This document shows positions 58,578 through 64,000 of a stretch of DNA of 64,000 nucleotides, piece by piece (the stretch's first letter is position 1; every line of letters begins with the position of its first letter). A program made the translations under genes and the position numbers. The DNA comes from the human T2T-CHM13v2.0 reference genome, Homo sapiens, in assembly GCF_009914755.1 (NCBI RefSeq), contig NC_060925.1. One strand, written 5' to 3'. Under the pieces are notes generated by a model that saw only the letters and a list, made by a program, of their open reading frames with translations, was not told the origin of the DNA and made no database searches.

Positions 58578-58614
58578 TAGCTCAACTTCTCTGAGTTTAA
58601 TTTTCCCTATGTGA

Positions 58615-59440
58615 CCTATGTAAACAATAAAGAGATTGCATAGTGTACCGTAAACAATTTGGATTTACCCCAGGAATGCAAAATGTATTTAACATTATCA
58701 GTGATACAATTATCTACATTTTAACAGATTGAAGATAATTCAAAATGTAATCTTTTCAACATACAAAGAAGTTCAATAAACTAACATTTATTTATTTAAA
58801 AAATTATAATGACAGGGAACTGCTATAATATGTAAATGGTATCTACAAAGAAAACCCGTAACGGGCATTATACTTAATGGGGAAACACTATAACTGTTCC
58901 CTGTAAGATGAATAACAAGACAGGATCTCACTATTTCTGTCTCTATGCAATATTGTACTAGATGTCCTAGATAAGGCAATAAGGAAAAAAAAAGAAAAAA
59001 GAAAAGATATAAGGATTGGGGGGTAAGAAATAAAATTGTCTTTATTTGCAAATTATATCATTGGGTAGAAAACTTCAATGAATCTACAGAAAAATTACTA
59101 GAATAGTAAGAAAAATTAAAAACTTGGCTCCTTAAAAAATAATATGTACATTTGAGTTGCAGTTCTAAGTATCAACGCAAAAATTTTAAAATGTGCTTTT
59201 TTATAAAAAGACTTTTACAGTACAGTAAAAATTTCAGATACCTAGGAATAAATCTAACAAAAGATGTATAATATCTTTAGAGCAAAAATACAAAATTTTA
59301 TTGAAAACATAGAAAACCTAAATACAAAGATATGTTCATGAATCCTAAAGTGTGTACTCATAAAAATGTAAATATTCCTAAAATTGACCTATGCATGTAA
59401 TGCAATTCCAATTAAAACCCAAGCAGTTTTATTGTAGAGC
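58615..59440 (+). mobile_element. Very old L1 (L1ME-like) ORF2 fragment
   Basis: ggatttaccccaggaatgcaa; ataaatctaacaaaagatg; aatgcaattccaattaaaa. Confidence 0.7.
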
Positions 59441-60868
59441 TCCTTATTAACTTAATAAATGCTTATTGAACACTTAGTCCTTGCTAGACACTGTACTAGG
59501 TATAGTAAGAATATAGCAATGAGCAAGACATGAACTCTCCATTCTCATGAACCTTGGACTAGTGAGAGAAACCGACTTAAAATACGTAATTATTAGTTTG
59601 ACATGTTGATTATATGCTGTGTGATTGGCATATTACAGATGATAAAATTGAAACTAAACATGTCATTTGCCAAACCCAAGATCACAGAACTAGTAATATT
59701 AGAGCCAGTTTTTAAAGCCAAGAGTGACAAGTCTGATTTCAAAGCCTACGTTCTTTCCACATCATCATGCAGATTTCCAAGACCCTCTTTGTCCAAAAGC
59801 TCAGCCAGCATGCATTCCTCTGTGTACCTCTATAAGGCCACAACTATGTCTCAAACCCTCACAAAATATATATGACGCGGGTATAAAGCTGCAAAAGTCA
59901 AGTGCTACAGTCACAGTGAAATGCATGATGGGTGTTCACAGATGCCAGCACCACTGGGCTCTGTGTTTAGGCCAAGTTGGCAGCAACTGTGGTGTGATTT
60001 CAGGGATGCTTCTGCTCTAAAAGATCTCAGTTTGTCACAGTTTGTGAAAAATTCCACATTTGGTTCAGACTGTAGGATTTCAGGAATATTGTGGAATAAG
60101 TAGCAATGTCAGCAACCTGCTTGTCTCCAATGTTATTACTGTAAATATTTTTCAGTAACTACAACAATAATAATATAAAGCCTCTACCCTGCCTCACAAC
60201 CAAGTAAGACTTTGTCACAGTCTGGCTTTCTCCTCTAACTTGCCTAACCTCAGTGGCCAGATGTGTGTGGTGGGAAAATCTATGCACAACCATACCTCAG
60301 AAATGGGATCCAAGACCTGTACCCCCAGTCCTAATTAATGAAACCCTGGCAGCCCACCTGGCATGGGTCAGGGCTGTCACCCCATATGGCCTGCTACTTC
60401 AGCCTTGTCCTAGGAAGCTTCAAATACCAACATTTAAGACAAGTAGTTAAAACCATCTTTTTAGATTTGTGAATAGCAAGGAGGATCAACAAGTCAAAAT
60501 CATGGAGACTAAATAGTGCAGAAAACAAATGCTTTATAATGAAAAGAAACAAAAAGTCAAGAGCTGAGAAACTCCTTTCCTCTGAGGTTCACTTTATGAA
60601 TCAGAAGAATATTCTACACAACTGGCTATTTCCTATGCCCAGTGAGATTAAAGACGATATGGCATCAGAATAGGAACAAGTAGGAGAAAACACAGGTTCA
60701 ATGAAATAAATGATAGAGCAAGAAAATAGTGGCTATATGCAGTAAAAAGCAGAATTACTACTGCAGAAAAATAAATACACAGTACAAAACAGAGTCCCTA
60801 TATTATAATGGTTGAGAACCTGGCTCCTGCATCAGACAGATTTGGCCAGAATTGAATTACAATTCTGC

Positions 60869-60901
60869 ATTGCTTCTCAGCCTTTTGGCTAAGATCAAGT
60901 G
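60869..60901 (+). pseudogene. 3'-truncated U2 snRNA retropseudogene (first ~33 nt)
   Basis: attgcttctcagccttttggctaagatcaagtg versus U2 5' end ATCGCTTCTCGGCCTTTTGGCTAAGATCAAGTG (2 CpG transitions); TSD gaattacaattctgc at 60854-60868 and 60901-60915. Confidence 0.92.
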
Positions 60902-61323
60902 AATTACAATTCTGCCACTTATCAGCTGTATGATCTTCAGCAAATGCATCATCCATAAAGTGAGGAGAAGAAGATGAAACAAGAATGCATTTATAGTGTT
61001 AAAATAGTGCCTAAAACATAGTCAATGCTGTATAAAGTTATGCCTATTATTATTTTTATTCTAACCAATAAACTTAATAATTATTCTTTGGATTGAGGCA
61101 CTCAGGATCCTCTGCTCCAATGTCAACATCCCTGAGAGTGGTAGACATTCCATATTATCAATATTGTTGAGCATCTGCTTTGTACGAGGAAAATTTATCA
61201 AACAACCACCTAACATAGGACACCAAGAAACTAAGAAAATGGAAAATATGACCAGTATTTTGAAGAGTGAGGTGAGCTGAGTTTCCCAAATGTGACCATG
61301 AAAACATGAGATCCAGAGAGACC

Positions 61324-61455
61324 GTGCCAGATGTGGTGCATGCCTATAATCCCAGCACTTGGCAGGCTGAGGCAAGAGCATTGCTTGAGCTCAGGAGTTT
61401 GAAACCAGCCGGGGCAACATAGTGAGACCCTGTCTCAGAAAAAAAAAAAACAAAA
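61324..61455 (+). mobile_element. FLAM / Alu monomer
   Basis: gccagatgtggtgcatgcctataatcccagcac...gagaccctgtctcagaaaaa. Confidence 0.85.
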
Positions 61456-61838
61456 GAGAGAGAGAGACCCAGAGGAAAGCTCCAGATTTTTGACTCCTCC
61501 CACTTCCATGCACATGACTCACTTCACAATTCCCAAGAATGGTGATGATACTAACAGACCCTAGTCTTTGGTATGAAATAATGAATTGCTTTCATTACCT
61601 ATAGAAGATTAATATTCTCACTAGGATTCTATATATCTTAAGAGGCTGTCCAACTCTTATTCCTCTCCTTCGAAGATACTTAATCTACAAGTGTCTGTAA
61701 TATAAAGACACAGTTAAATACAAAGCGTCATGGCAAGTGTCTAGGAAAGTCACTTTATTTATGCCATCTCTAATGGTGCCAGCAGGGGTAATAAGTGATG
61801 GAGAAGCAATCAAAACCACACAGTTAAAACCACTTTTA

Positions 61839-64000
61839 GGGCCAGTGGCTGACAAGATGGCTGAATAGGAACAGCTCCAGTCTGCAGCTCCCAGCAAGAT
61901 CAATGCAGAAGGCGGGTGATTTCTGCATTTCCAACTGAGGTACCTGGCTCATCTCATTGGGACTCATTAGATGGTGGGTGCAGCTCATGGAGGGTGAGCC
62001 AAATCAGGGTGGGGCATTGCCTCACCCAGGAAGTGCAAGGGGTCAGGGAACTCCCTCCCGTAGCCAAGGGAAGCAGTGAGGGACTGTGCTGTGAGGAATG
62101 GTGCACTTCAGCCTAGATACTATGCTTTTCCCATGATCTTCACAACCCACAGACTAGGCGATTCCCTCAAGTTCGTATGCCAGCAGGGCCCTGAGTTTCA
62201 AGCACAAAACTGGGCGGCTGTTTGGACAGACACCGAGCTAGCTACAGGAGTTTTTTTTTTTCATATCCCAGTGGCGCCTGAAACACCAGTGAGACAGAGG
62301 TGTTCACTCCCCTGGAAAGGGGGCTGAAGCCAGGGAGCCAAGTGGTCTAGCTCAGTGGATCCCACCCCCATGGAGCCCAGCAAACTAAGATCCACTGGCT
62401 TGAAATTCTCACTGCCAGCACAGCAGTCTGAAGTTGGCCTGGGATGCTCGAGCTTGGTGGGGGGAGGGGTGTCCACAATTACTGAGGCTTGAGTAGGTGG
62501 TTTTCCCCTCACAGTGTAAACAAAGTTGCCGGGAAGTTCGAATTGGGCAGAGCCCACCGCAGCACGACAAAGCTGCTGTAGCCAGACTGACCTCTAGATT
62601 CCTCCTCTCTGGGCAGGGCATCTCTGAAAGAAAGGCAGCAGCCTCAGTCGGGGGCCTATAGATAAAACTCTCAACTCCCTGGGACAGAGCACCTGGGAGA
62701 AGGGATGGCTGTGGGTGTAGCTTCAGCAGACTTAAATGTTCTGCCTGCCAGCTCTGAAGAGAGCAGCGGATCTCCCAGCACAGTGCTCAAGCACTGCTAA
62801 GGGACAGACTGCCTCCTCAAGTGGGTCCCTGTCCCCCGTGCCTCCTTACTGGGAGACACCTCCCAGCAGGGTCAACAGACACCTCATACAGGAGTGCTCC
62901 AGCTGGCATGTGGCAGGTGCCCCTCTGGGATGAAGCTTCCAGAGGAGGAACAGGCAGTAATCTTTGCTGTTCTGAAGCCTTCGCTCATGATGCCCAGGCA
63001 AGCAGGGTCTGGAGTGGACCTCCAGGAAACTCAGCAGACCTGCAGCATAGGGACCTGTTAGAAGGAAAACTAACAAACAGAAATGAATAGCATCAACATC
63101 AACAAAAAAGACGTCCACACAAAACCCCATCCGAAGGTTACCAACATCAAAGACAAAATGTAGATAAATCCATGAAGATGAGGAAAAACCAGCACAAAAA
63201 GGCTGGTAATTACAAAAACCAGAACGCCTCTTCTCCTCCAAATGATCACAACTCCTCACCTGTAAGGGAACAAAACTGGACAGAGAATGAGTTTGACAAA
63301 TTGACAGAAGTAGGTTTCAGAAGGTGCATAATAACAAACTCCTCTGAGCTAAAGGAGCATGTTCTAACCCAATGCAACAAAGCTAAGAACCTTGAAAAAA
63401 AGGTTAGAGGAATTGCTAACTAGAATAACCAGTTTAGAGAAGAATGTAAGTGAGCTGATGCAGCTGAAAAACACAGCACAAGAATTTTGTGAAGCATACA
63501 CAAGTATCAATAGCCGAACTGGTCAAGTGGAAGAAAGAATATCAGAGATTGAAGATCAACTTAATAAAATAAAGTGTGAAGACAAGATTAGAGAAAAAAG
63601 AATGTAAAGGAACAAACAAAGCCTCCATGGTACTATGTGAAAAGACCAAACCTACGTTTGATTAGTGTAACTGAAACTGACAGGGAGAATGGAACCAAGT
63701 TGAAAAACACTCTTCAGAATATTACCAGGAGAACTTCCCCAACCTTGCAAGAGAAGCCAACATTAAAATTCAGGAAATACAGAGGACACTACAAAGATAC
63801 TCCTCAAGAAGAGCAACCCCAATACACGTAATTGTCAGATTCACCAAGGTTGAAAAGAAGGAAAAAATGTTAAGGGCAGCCAGAGAGAAAGGTTGGGTTA
63901 CCCACAAAGGGAAGCTCATCAGACTAACAGCAGATCTCTCTGCAGAAACCCTACAAGCCAGAAGAGAGTGGGTGCCAATATTCAACATTCTTAAAGAAAA
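61839..64000 (+). mobile_element. 5' end of an L1PA element (L1PA7/8-like): 5'UTR and frameshifted ORF1; continues beyond the window
   Basis: caagatggctgaataggaacagctccagtctgcagctcccagc; ORF1 pieces MRKNQHKKAGN..., KRPNLRLI. Confidence 0.95.

Overview
Eukaryotic (human-like primate) genomic DNA. The minus strand carries the 5' part of the P-selectin gene SELP: exons 1-13 between about 36,000 and 582. These encode the start codon, signal peptide, C-type lectin, EGF and all nine sushi/CCP repeats. The transmembrane and cytoplasmic exons lie beyond the left edge. All 13 exons were placed at GT-AG boundaries by hand and join into one frame (2287 coding nt). The TATA-less promoter with GATA, STAT6-type and kappaB-like motifs sits at about 36,050-36,180. 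The remaining 28 kb upstream is mostly repeats: L1s of several ages, many Alus, THE1/MST/MLT LTRs, Tigger MITEs, MIR and L2. I found no evidence of a new gene system. The best oddities are small-scale: a 46-bp direct repeat flanking exon 11 plus a perfect 15-bp hairpin just downstream of it, a cryptic in-frame acceptor inside exon 12, a composite VNTR in intron 1, a tailless U2 snRNA insertion with a target-site duplication (TSD), a tailless L1 fragment, an old 235-bp dispersed duplication and a GATA/RUNX/ETS cluster about 12 kb upstream. Repeat subfamily names come from my memory of consensus sequences and need RepeatMasker confirmation.
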